Below, piece after piece: positions 1-7,510 of a DNA stretch of 59,108 nucleotides. Numbering within the stretch: the stretch's first letter is position 1; each line of letters begins with the position of its first letter. Below the pieces are notes generated by a model that made no database searches, was not told where the DNA came from, and saw only the letters and a program-made list of their open reading frames with translations. The translations under genes were made by a program, and so were the position numbers. Location of the stretch: the IMG/VR virus record IMGVR_UViG_3300039071_000013, positions 1 through 59,108 of that record. One strand, given 5' to 3'. Origin of the DNA: a virus (Duplodnaviria; Caudoviricetes).

Positions 1-107
1 TTCCTTCATCCAGTTGTCAGTTTGTGAAATTATGCTGCGGTCAGCATCCCAAGGTGTTCGCAGCCGTTTCACCAGTTCTTCGTCACTCATGGCTCTCTCC
101 TTTGATC
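1..107. repeat. 107-bp direct repeat identical to 59002-59108 (circular overlap)
   Basis: Exact match by eye. It falls inside a coding region, so it is probably an assembly overlap rather than a physical terminal repeat. Confidence 0.95.
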
Positions 108-349
108 TCTGCGAGGGTGGCGAGGGCGATGTCGCGCATATCTTTGAATGCTTCTTCCACCTCATAGTCTTCGCCCCAGATCATTTGCTCATCGCGCTTA
201 GCAATGGCGAGCAGCCCAGCTTCCGCCTTCGCCAGCTTGTCAGTCAGAGCCTCGATGCGGGCGGCGGATTTGCGGCACCAATCGCAAGCCATTTCTTTGG
301 TCGCATGTACTGGATAGCCGCAAGCGCCACAGCATGTTTTGTCACTCAT
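83..349 (-). CDS. Mosaic coiled-coil accessory protein with N-terminal CxxC..CxxC
   Basis: MSDKTCCGACG..CDWC..ARIEALT..KLAKAE..ATLAEIKGESHE; AAGGAG RBS; coupled to neighbouring genes. Confidence 0.8.
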   Translation of the reverse strand: MSDKTCCGACGYPVHATKEMACDWCRKSAARIEALTDKLAKAEAGLLAIAKRDEQMIWGEDYEVEEAFKDMRDIALATLAEIKGESHE

Positions 350-689
350 GGCTCTCTCCTTTGATCAACGCGCTGTCAGCTTCTGCCAGTGTTTCTGCTA
401 AATCGCGAACAGGAATGCCGCGCAAAATTCTTTCTGGGATAGGGCGAATGCGGTTTAGTGCAGACCGAAGAGCATTCCGCTCCTTGGTCAGGGCTTCGAT
501 GCGGTCCTCATGCAGTTTCCGCTCGGCTTCCATTGCGTTGGCATAGCCCCGTTGCTCGGCAAGAGTTAACTCGGCGGTCAGGGCTTCGATGCGGTCGGCG
601 GCTTCTTCGCAGGTGTCGTCAATGTTATGCCAGCCACCCTGATCCTTGGCATAGCTTCGCAACCGCTTCACCAGTTCTTCGTCAGTCAT
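342..689 (-). CDS. Mosaic coiled-coil accessory protein (MTDEELVKRLR / AADRIEAL family)
   Basis: Shares modules with three neighbouring ORFs; AAGGAG RBS. Confidence 0.8.
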   Translation of the reverse strand: MTDEELVKRLRSYAKDQGGWHNIDDTCEEAADRIEALTAELTLAEQRGYANAMEAERKLHEDRIEALTKERNALRSALNRIRPIPERILRGIPVRDLAETLAEADSALIKGESHE

Positions 690-1131
690 TGATGTCTCCT
701 TTCAGTTCTGCGAGGACGGCTGGATGCACCCCCAAAATTTTCAACATCTCCACCGCCTTCGCCAGCTTGTCGTTAGCCCCGCTCAGGGCAACGTGCATCT
801 CGCTGTAGGTGTTGTTTGCGTCAGCCAGCTTGAAGGCATAGTCATCTCGCTCCTTCTCCAACTCCTCCGCATAAGCCTCGGCCTCCTTGGCGTCAGCACG
901 GGCGGCTTCGAGTTGCTCGGTCAGGGCGTCTGCCTCCTTCCGCCAATGCACAAACGACTTCCAATGCTCGTCCCGTTCGGCGGTTAGTTTTTCATTAGCC
1001 TCAGCAAGCCGATCAGAAACAGACGACTGCTCTTTGAGGGCTTGTTGAAGTTGCTCGATGCGGTCGGCTGCTTGTTTTGCATATGCACCAGCTTTCCAGC
1101 GCAGCGCCTTGCACAGTTCTTCGTCAGTCAT
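682..1131 (-). CDS. Mosaic coiled-coil accessory protein
   Basis: Start moved to MTDEELCK at 1131 (GGAGG RBS); AADRIEQL and KLAKAVE modules. Confidence 0.8.
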   Translation of the reverse strand: MTDEELCKALRWKAGAYAKQAADRIEQLQQALKEQSSVSDRLAEANEKLTAERDEHWKSFVHWRKEADALTEQLEAARADAKEAEAYAEELEKERDDYAFKLADANNTYSEMHVALSGANDKLAKAVEMLKILGVHPAVLAELKGDIND

Positions 1132-1333
1132 CTCGGCCTCCGCTGTTTGCTGCGTCATATGTCCAGAATTGCCAATCAGGCCCATCAAGGTGGTCGTGCT
1201 TCACGATCCTCGCCCGCATAACGACATGCCACCAAACCCATTTGCCATACCAGAGGCGCACAGGTCTCCATGCAAACCATCTATGAACAGGGCCGATTAC
1301 TTTCCCAAAGGCATAACAGTGTGGCCAAGTCAT
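1124..1333 (-). CDS. Trp-rich hypothetical protein
   Basis: HRWFAWRPVRLWYGKWVW; overlaps the start/stop of both neighbours. Confidence 0.7.
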   Translation of the reverse strand: MTWPHCYAFGKVIGPVHRWFAWRPVRLWYGKWVWWHVVMRARIVKHDHLDGPDWQFWTYDAANSGGRDD

Positions 1334-1746
1334 CCTCGTGGCCTCCGCTGCTTAGAGTCCTTCCAACCACACGTCCCGATCTGCACGATGCCGGGGAAGT
1401 CGTGGAAAGGAATTGCGTACCCTTCGTGATGGACCCACCCACCTCTTTCAAGGTGAGGTTCATACTCAAAAGCCCACACGTGTTCATCATCTTCTCGCGC
1501 CACCCACTCAACCCAATCAGGCAGCTTCTCCCATGCGATCACGTCTTGGGTCTTCTCCGGCAGGGGGAGGGTGCGGTAGATGCTTTCGTCACACCATTCG
1601 GGTAGGGTGTAGCACCACCCGCCAAGGTCTGCTGGGGCATAACGCTCAAACTCCCCACCCGCCTTCTCATGCTCATGCAGCGCAGCCTTTTCCTCGTCGG
1701 TCAGCAGGCCATACGGCACTCGGTTGTTGGTCATGTCTACGGTCAT
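1330..1746 (-). CDS. Hypothetical early protein
   Basis: 138-aa ORF with GAGGAG RBS. Confidence 0.8.
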   Translation of the reverse strand: MTVDMTNNRVPYGLLTDEEKAALHEHEKAGGEFERYAPADLGGWCYTLPEWCDESIYRTLPLPEKTQDVIAWEKLPDWVEWVAREDDEHVWAFEYEPHLERGGWVHHEGYAIPFHDFPGIVQIGTCGWKDSKQRRPRG

Positions 1747-1758
1747 TTGGTTTTCTCC

Positions 1759-2148
1759 TCAGAGTTTGATGTGTGACTGCACACGCTTCCTTTTGTGTGG
1801 TGATTGTGCAGTTGGTATGCCCATGCGATACACCTGATCCAGCACAAGACCATCCTTGATGGTGAGCACGTGGCCTGTGATCGTCACACTGTAGTTGTGG
1901 GCAGGGTCATACGTGGTGGTCAGCCACTTCTTGAGTGTGGGCTTGGGGCTGCGGTAGTGCATCTCTTCACGCACCCTCATGCCCAAGTGAGCAAAGGCAT
2001 CAAGCCTCTCCCACACACTCGTGAAGTCTCGTCTCTTGTGCAGGAGGATGAACACCCTCTCCGCATCTCGGTATGGGATGCCTGCCAGAGTGGCGACAGA
2101 GACAATGCCACAGTTGTCCATCCCGGCAGGCGTATCCTCAGGTATCAT
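1759..2148 (-). CDS. Hypothetical protein with possible papain-like Cys/His pair
   Basis: NCGIVSVA...GHVLTIKDG; GGAGG RBS. Confidence 0.65.
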   Translation of the reverse strand: MIPEDTPAGMDNCGIVSVATLAGIPYRDAERVFILLHKRRDFTSVWERLDAFAHLGMRVREEMHYRSPKPTLKKWLTTTYDPAHNYSVTITGHVLTIKDGLVLDQVYRMGIPTAQSPHKRKRVQSHIKL

Positions 2149-2273
2149 GCTCCCTCCAAACTTTTCCTGATCTCTGATAAGAGTTTCTTGAGTTCAGGAT
2201 TACTACGTTCAGTAGTCTTTGGCAAGAGTTTCTCACACATGTCCAGCAGTTTCAGTTCGAGTGCAGCTTTCAT
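2145..2273 (-). CDS. Small hypothetical protein (42 aa)
   Basis: Read manually (MKAALELKLL...); GGAG RBS; ATGA overlaps. Confidence 0.6.
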   Translation of the reverse strand: MKAALELKLLDMCEKLLPKTTERSNPELKKLLSEIRKSLEGA

Positions 2274-2452
2274 GTTCTCCATCCTTCTGCCAAAAACACT
2301 GAGGGTATCAGTGCTGACACGGTGTCACCCTCTGTGAAGTATACGGTCACACATGAACCAATCTTGTTGCCCCTATCACACAACACATTCACCCTATGCC
2401 AGTGATGAACAGGTTGCAGGGTTGATGGTGCGTTGATCCAGTATCTCTGCAT
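2270..2452 (-). CDS. Hypothetical protein
   Basis: Start placed at MQRYWINAPSTLQP within the ORF-track ORF. Confidence 0.6.
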   Translation of the reverse strand: MQRYWINAPSTLQPVHHWHRVNVLCDRGNKIGSCVTVYFTEGDTVSALIPSVFLAEGWRT

Positions 2453-2456
2453 ACTA

Positions 2457-2681
2457 CTACCCCGCAAAGTGGAAGAGAGCACGAGTGCCAGTATTGTGAC
2501 GCTCAAGGTAGAGGGAACGCTTTCCCCAGTGGATGCCCACCATGCAGCTATCCTTGGTGACAGACAGCGGGCGGGACTTGAACTTGCGCTTACGATACAG
2601 CCCCTTCTGGTTGAAGAAGTTGAAGCGGAAACCCTGAGTGCGATCATTCAGTGGTTTGGTTGCGGCGAGAATGATGAACAT
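2457..2681 (-). CDS. Hypothetical protein
   Basis: 74-aa ORF, AGGAG upstream. Confidence 0.65.
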   Translation of the reverse strand: MFIILAATKPLNDRTQGFRFNFFNQKGLYRKRKFKSRPLSVTKDSCMVGIHWGKRSLYLERHNTGTRALFHFAG

Positions 2682-2687
2682 GGTAGG

Positions 2688-2900
2688 TTACACTCCTGTG
2701 TTGTGGTGGTATGTATGAAATGAGATTTCCCAAACCTCTACCAAAGGGACGATTGCATCCTCTAATCCGTGCTTGTTCTTTTTGAAGTTTAGCATTTCTC
2801 TCACGGCATCTTTGGCAGACACATTGGGTGTGTTTCCGAGTTGCCTATTCAGTTCGTCCAAGTCAAAGGTGACTGTGAGCGTCACTGTTTGCAGGTCCAT
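2688..2900 (-). CDS. Hypothetical protein
   Basis: Start at MDLQTV with AGGAG RBS. Confidence 0.6.
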   Translation of the reverse strand: MDLQTVTLTVTFDLDELNRQLGNTPNVSAKDAVREMLNFKKNKHGLEDAIVPLVEVWEISFHTYHHNTGV

Positions 2901-2914
2901 GGTCACGCTCCTGT

Positions 2915-3505
2915 TCAGATGTTGTGGATACGCTTCCAGACTACCCAAGTGATAGCCTGCAGTTCATAAACCTTCAACCCAATACGCTTAGCAGCACGGT
3001 AGTAAGCAGCCTGCATCTTCTGATACTCAGCCTTACCCATGCCCGTCTCGTTGTCAGTCAGGGTCACACGCTTGCCCTTGGCGATGTTGTATGCGTGACC
3101 ATCAATGGTGCAGTTGTCGTGGCCCATGATGTTGCAGAAGAACGACACAATCTTCTGGCCGTTGAGGATACGCATGACTGCATCATCATCCTCTGGCATC
3201 TGTTCGATCACTGACCATGCCTTGTCACGCATTTTGCTGTAGGTGCAGGGCTTGCACACATCGACAGGATCACCACGCAGGAACACAGCGATCATGTTGC
3301 TGGCATCCATCACGTTGCGTTCCCACTTGTTGTTGGGCGAGAGTGCAGCAATGACACCCACCACAATACGCAGTGGCACATCATGCAGGTTGGCAATGGA
3401 CTGAGCCTGTGCCTTGGCATCAGCATACCACTTGGTGCCACGATCATGTTCCTGCAGGGTGGCTTGGCGATACACCCTGAGGATGTTGCGAACTTCGGTA
3501 GTCAT
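2915..3505 (-). CDS. Conserved phage protein, possibly HhH-GPD/DNA-glycosylase-like fold
   Basis: AALSPNNKWERN, TIDGHA and LQAITW motifs; AGGAG RBS. The fold is an inference. Confidence 0.65.
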   Translation of the reverse strand: MTTEVRNILRVYRQATLQEHDRGTKWYADAKAQAQSIANLHDVPLRIVVGVIAALSPNNKWERNVMDASNMIAVFLRGDPVDVCKPCTYSKMRDKAWSVIEQMPEDDDAVMRILNGQKIVSFFCNIMGHDNCTIDGHAYNIAKGKRVTLTDNETGMGKAEYQKMQAAYYRAAKRIGLKVYELQAITWVVWKRIHNI

Positions 3506-3524
3506 TGCGTCTCTCCTATTGTAT

Positions 3525-3541
3525 TATCGGACCGTCCGATA
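3525..3541. promoter_or_regulatory. Palindrome copy 1, TATCGGAC-C-GTCCGATA
   Basis: Perfect 8-bp arms just upstream of the RBS of 2915-3505. Confidence 0.7.
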
Positions 3542-3548
3542 TTAAGTG

Positions 3549-3770
3549 TCAGTGTTTGGCGTCTCTGTCAAGCTCTGTGCAGAGATCGAGGTCGAAGTCG
3601 TCCAGATCATAGAAGCCTGTGTTGATGAGCCTGCCTCCGGGGGTGGACATGTAGATGGGTGCTGTGTCCCCGTAGGTGGGATGTTCCCAGAGTTTGTAGC
3701 CCTCAATCTCCATGAACAGGTAGGGATCACGGGCAAGGAAACGATCCAGCTTAGATACTGTCTCACTCAT
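3549..3770 (-). CDS. Hypothetical protein
   Basis: MSETVSKLDRF...EHPTYGD. Confidence 0.65.
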   Translation of the reverse strand: MSETVSKLDRFLARDPYLFMEIEGYKLWEHPTYGDTAPIYMSTPGGRLINTGFYDLDDFDLDLCTELDRDAKH

Positions 3771-3945
3771 CCCACACCCCCAGACTTTCCAAGGTTTCCA
3801 AGTATGCCTTTTCTTCCAAGGCTTTGAAGTTGCCATAGGCATCTGGCATCATCCAGCTTCCACCCTGCATTACGATCCACATGATGATGAAGAAGTCTCT
3901 TGCGTCAGCCAACATGTTCTGTCCTTTCTTTCGATATGCCATCAA
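3763..3945 (-). CDS. Small hypothetical protein
   Basis: ORF in a tightly packed operon. Confidence 0.5.
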   Translation of the reverse strand: MMAYRKKGQNMLADARDFFIIMWIVMQGGSWMMPDAYGNFKALEEKAYLETLESLGVWDE

Positions 3946-4109
3946 TCACAAGATGAGTAGCGGGAAGAGTCAAGCACCCACACCTGACCAGAGGTATCAA
4001 ACCACACACGGTATGAGTAACCATATCCCGGTCCAAGCAAAGCCTGACAGCGTTGGCCTTCTTGTTCAGCCTCAACCTCAGTGTCGAAGTATTCTACAGA
4101 GCGGATCAT
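3942..4109 (-). CDS. Small hypothetical protein (55 aa)
   Basis: Read manually (MIRSVEYFDTE...SSCD); fills the gap with overlapping start/stop. Confidence 0.6.
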   Translation of the reverse strand: MIRSVEYFDTEVEAEQEGQRCQALLGPGYGYSYRVWFDTSGQVWVLDSSRYSSCD

Positions 4110-4366
4110 CTCCCATCCCCTTTCATCATTACCTTTTTGAAGAAGAAAGTAACCTCGTCATTCGTGCAGATGTAGTCACGCTTGTGGCCCTTGATCTCAC
4201 GATAGTTATACACACCATCCCAAGTCTCTTCGGCCAACAGGTCCATCTCATCTGTGTTCCACAACATAGCAATCAGACGCTGCGTAGAACCTTCAACTTC
4301 ACGCTCCCAAGTGGTGCTTGTGTATGAGAGTGCAACGGTAGTGGTGGTGGGTTTCCAGTTCGTCAT
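4106..4366 (-). CDS. Hypothetical protein
   Basis: 86-aa ORF, AAGGAG RBS. Confidence 0.7.
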   Translation of the reverse strand: MTNWKPTTTTVALSYTSTTWEREVEGSTQRLIAMLWNTDEMDLLAEETWDGVYNYREIKGHKRDYICTNDEVTFFFKKVMMKGDGR

Positions 4367-4383
4367 TGTCGTTCTCCTTTGTG

Positions 4384-4695
4384 TCAGTAGTAGTCGTATT
4401 CGTAGCAGTCATTCATGCCATCAAGGTAGGCATCCAACTCTTCATCTGTCAAGTCTTTCGTATCCAACCAGAACTGATACTCACGGCAGGCTTCTTCCCA
4501 GTCTTGGAAGGCAGCATTACGTACAGCCTCAAGGCCACAGAACGACCACTCCTCGTATCGTGAGATCACATCATCCAGTGGTCCATCAACAAACACCACC
4601 GCCTCCTCACCAGTCTCCTGCCGAAAGATGGCATTGTAACTCAGCTTGGCCTTAGTATCCTCGACTGCTTGCAGTAGTCCAGCACTATGCACCAT
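4384..4695 (-). CDS. Highly acidic hypothetical protein
   Basis: D/E- and aromatic-rich; GGAGG RBS before MVHSAG. Confidence 0.7.
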   Translation of the reverse strand: MVHSAGLLQAVEDTKAKLSYNAIFRQETGEEAVVFVDGPLDDVISRYEEWSFCGLEAVRNAAFQDWEEACREYQFWLDTKDLTDEELDAYLDGMNDCYEYDYY

Positions 4696-4895
4696 CACAC
4701 TTCCTCCTTCATCTCTGCGTTCCATTCCTCTTCAGTGATACCAGTCATAATGAACTCCCGGTCCACATCAGACAGGTGGGGCATTGCTCTCTGGATCAGC
4801 ATACCACTGCGCCAGCGGTCATACTCTTCCTCGGTCACATCAATGTCACGGGTTCTTACTACGCCACTCAGTATGGACTTGCGAATGAACTGCAT
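4695..4895 (-). CDS. Hypothetical protein
   Basis: MQFIRKS...IQRAMPHLS..DREFIMTGIT; AAGGAG RBS. Confidence 0.75.
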   Translation of the reverse strand: MQFIRKSILSGVVRTRDIDVTEEEYDRWRSGMLIQRAMPHLSDVDREFIMTGITEEEWNAEMKEEV

Positions 4896-4915
4896 TGTCT
4901 TTCTCCTTGGGTTAA

Positions 4916-4932
4916 CCTCGGACCGTCCGAGG
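4916..4932. promoter_or_regulatory. Palindrome copy 2, CCTCGGAC-C-GTCCGAGG
   Basis: Perfect 8-bp arms upstream of the RBS of 4695-4895. Confidence 0.7.
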
Positions 4933-4971
4933 ATAGATTTCAGTGTCACGGGTAGAAGGGTTCTCGCTTCG

Positions 4972-5403
4972 CTACGAGTAGAAGGGTCGCGTCTTGGGGT
5001 AATACATGTCAGGCAGTTGCTCGGTGAAGGCACGGACCACCAGCCTCTCGTCGCCCCTGTCCTTGTTCTCTTCCATGCACCACGCCCACAACTCTTGGCT
5101 GTAGTCGTAGGCATCCTGATACTTGTCAAAGAACTTGATCTTGGCGTGTTCGACTAGGCCACCACAGCTATACCACCAGCCACCCTCTTCGGGTCCACCA
5201 TAGGCACGGTCAGCCGTATACGCAGCGACGCACCACCACTCAGCGGGACGCTCACTCGTCTTTTCAAACCTGCCCTTTATATCGAGACCCGTGTAGCACT
5301 CGTAGAAATCATCCCACTCCACCTCATTGTGCTGGCGCTCATACGTCATTCCGGGTGACACCTCACGGGAATAGATCGGACACATCTCGCTCAGGTATTC
5401 CAT
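4972..5403 (-). CDS. Conserved hypothetical phage protein
   Basis: DRAYGGPEEGGWWY motif. Confidence 0.7.
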   Translation of the reverse strand: MEYLSEMCPIYSREVSPGMTYERQHNEVEWDDFYECYTGLDIKGRFEKTSERPAEWWCVAAYTADRAYGGPEEGGWWYSCGGLVEHAKIKFFDKYQDAYDYSQELWAWCMEENKDRGDERLVVRAFTEQLPDMYYPKTRPFYS

Positions 5404-5404
5404 C

Positions 5405-5614
5405 TCACTTCACCCCCACAATCAGGCCATCCTTCATCTTCACCTCAGCGAAGAACTCACGCCCCATCCCCGTGATGTGAGGACGATTGGCCACCACAAT
5501 GGTGCCGTTGTCCACATACTCAGGACCAAACATGCTCGTCTCTACGTAGCGCAGAGGCTTACCCACACATGCCTTGAGTTCTTTCTTGCTCGGGTAGTAT
5601 GCAATCATCGTCAT
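5405..5614 (-). CDS. Hypothetical protein
   Basis: MTMIAYYPSKKELK..ETSMFGPEY; AAGGAG RBS. Confidence 0.75.
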   Translation of the reverse strand: MTMIAYYPSKKELKACVGKPLRYVETSMFGPEYVDNGTIVVANRPHITGMGREFFAEVKMKDGLIVGVK

Positions 5615-5638
5615 GTCGTTTCTCCTTTGGTTGTATCC

Positions 5639-5651
5639 TCGGACCATCCGA
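5639..5651. promoter_or_regulatory. Palindrome copy 3, TCGGACCATCCGA (1 mismatch)
   Basis: Upstream of the RBS of 5405-5614. Confidence 0.65.
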
Positions 5652-5955
5652 TATTAGATTTGCGTTTCGATTGAGCCTTTAGAAAAGCACGGCCCACATC
5701 GACTGTCAAGTCACTCATGTCGCGCCCACCACACTCACCTCGCGGGTGCATACACATCTGCACATGCCACACGCTGCGCCACCACTTGTCTGCACGTTGC
5801 GCTATACGCTTACGCTTGGGCCACACATCACACCTCATCATCATCATGGCCAGCACACACCAGCCACGCCATGCTCACCACAAAGGCAAACAGGATCACG
5901 CTCAATTCGATTGTCATGGGGTTCTCCTTTCTTCCCCTTTCAGGGGGTTCTATCC

Positions 5956-5968
5956 TCGGACCGTCCGA
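5956..5968. promoter_or_regulatory. Palindrome copy 4, TCGGACCGTCCGA
   Basis: Context TATCCTCGGACCGTCCGATATTA, intergenic. Confidence 0.7.
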
Positions 5969-6009
5969 TATTACCTCGGCCATCCCCCGAAGGGGGACAA
6001 TAGCAATGC

Positions 6010-6047
6010 AAAAAGGCCCCCCGGTCGTCTGACGGACAAGGGAGCCT
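6010..6047 (-). terminator. Putative intrinsic terminator after 6079-6663
   Basis: GC-rich stem followed by T5 on the minus strand. Confidence 0.5.
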
Positions 6048-6078
6048 CGTGCTTTGATGATGGTGTAACCCCGAAGGG

Positions 6079-6663
6079 TTACTTTTTGCGCTTGGCCATC
6101 AGGGCCTTGGTGAAGGCGGCGAAGTCCAGATTGTTATCTGCGATAAGGGTCCAGACCAGATCAGCCAATTCGGTTTCATTCTGCACCTTCGGTGCTTTGG
6201 CCTCAGCCTTCGGTGCAACCTCAGTTTCCCCTTTAGGGGAGGACTTCTGGTCCATCTTACGAACCCCGGCACCATTCGAGGCTTTGCCTTCGGCAGCTTT
6301 GATACGCTTCCGAATTGCCGAAACACCAAGGGTGTCAAGAGCACCGTCTTTGTTCAACTTCTGGACCTTAGTCCAGTTTGCCGCAAGGAACATGGCATCA
6401 GAACGGTCCTGAAAGGACATGGAACCCAGATCGGTCCCGGCAAGATACTGGCCGAAGGCCTTGCGGTTATCGGCAAACAGAGCCTGAAGGCCAAGCAGAA
6501 TCGTTCCGATTTCACGGTAGTGGTCGAGCATCTGCTCTTGCATCAGCCACATGGTGTCATAGACGGCGGAAGCATGTTTGATTGCTTCAGCAATGGTGAA
6601 GGATTTCTTGCCGACTTTGACAGTGGCATCGGCGGCGATAACTACGTTAGCAATATTCGACAT
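6079..6663 (-). CDS. First early gene; Ala/Lys-rich hypothetical protein
   Basis: 194-aa ORF, GGAG RBS, first minus-strand gene after the non-coding region. Confidence 0.8.
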   Translation of the reverse strand: MSNIANVVIAADATVKVGKKSFTIAEAIKHASAVYDTMWLMQEQMLDHYREIGTILLGLQALFADNRKAFGQYLAGTDLGSMSFQDRSDAMFLAANWTKVQKLNKDGALDTLGVSAIRKRIKAAEGKASNGAGVRKMDQKSSPKGETEVAPKAEAKAPKVQNETELADLVWTLIADNNLDFAAFTKALMAKRKK

Positions 6664-6799
6664 GGTGTTTCTCCGGTTTCCCCTAAAGGGGGTTTGGTTT
6701 GCCGCAGCGGAATTGCCTTGGCCCCTTTAGAAGGCACCGGGAAAATCCGGTTGTCAAGGCTTTTTTATCCCGAAGGGATAGGGTCTCGAAATGCTATCC

Positions 6800-6812
6800 T
6801 CGGACGGTCCGA
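6800..6812. promoter_or_regulatory. Palindrome copy 5, TCGGACGGTCCGA
   Basis: Context TATCCTCGGACGGTCCGATAAT, upstream of 6663. Confidence 0.7.
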
Positions 6813-7482
6813 TAATGGGTTACCCTAAAGGGTAAAGATGGCAAAACTTTTCCTGGGCGGGGTTAGGCATTATGCAAGGCGCGGGCAACAAAAAGTCTTG
6901 GGGTTCTGAGCTGGTCTTTTTGGCAAGTCTAAGGGAACCTTAGGAGAGTCCCGGTGGTGAATCCATCTCGCCGCTTGCCGATTGGTCAGAAAACCTTACC
7001 AATTTCTTTCTGCTTTAGCAGGGTCAGGAAAGTTACATTCTCTAGGATTCCTTTTGGAATCAACATGTTAGGCATCATGGCATACATCACGCCTTGCATA
7101 ATGCACCTACCTACCTAGGCATAGCGGGTAGAGGGGGGCGGGCATGGGCCATGCGGGGGGTGCCTGATAGCGTATACCCACAATGACAGCGGGGGGATTT
7201 TTGTAGTTCTGTTAACCAGAAAAAACCTCAGTGGTTAACAACATGTATTTCTTTACCAGTTGGTCAAAAATGGTACCACAGTTGTAGAGAGCGTAGGAGG
7301 GGCCTCAGAGAGCGATCTCTTGTCTTGGCTATGGTGACCTAGAAAAAGTGGAGATGCTTATCTGGCGGCTCTCTATGAGGCTCTTTTAGCTATGTTCGTG
7401 GTGTTACTCCTGAGTGGGGTGAGTCTGGAGGTAGAGAGCTTGGGGAGGAGTAAATATTTCTAGAAAAAGATGAGAAGACCTC

Positions 7483-7510
7483 TTGACAAACGACAGGAAG
7501 GCGGTATATT
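7483..7510 (+). promoter_or_regulatory. Sigma70-like promoter
   Basis: TTGACA-N16-TATATT. Confidence 0.6.

Noticed and set aside
1-107. End repeat as a biological terminal repeat
   Set aside because: It cuts through a gene and has k-mer-like length; assembly circularisation is more likely
68-1131. Repeats as a CRISPR array or diversity-generating retroelement
   Set aside because: Several different repeats, irregular spacing, all in-frame coding; no cas or reverse transcriptase gene and no adenine-specific variation seen
3525-6812. Palindromes as CRISPR repeats or integron attC sites
   Set aside because: Spacing is 0.3-1.4 kb, and they lack the long imperfect stem and RYYYAAC/GTTRRRY ends of attC
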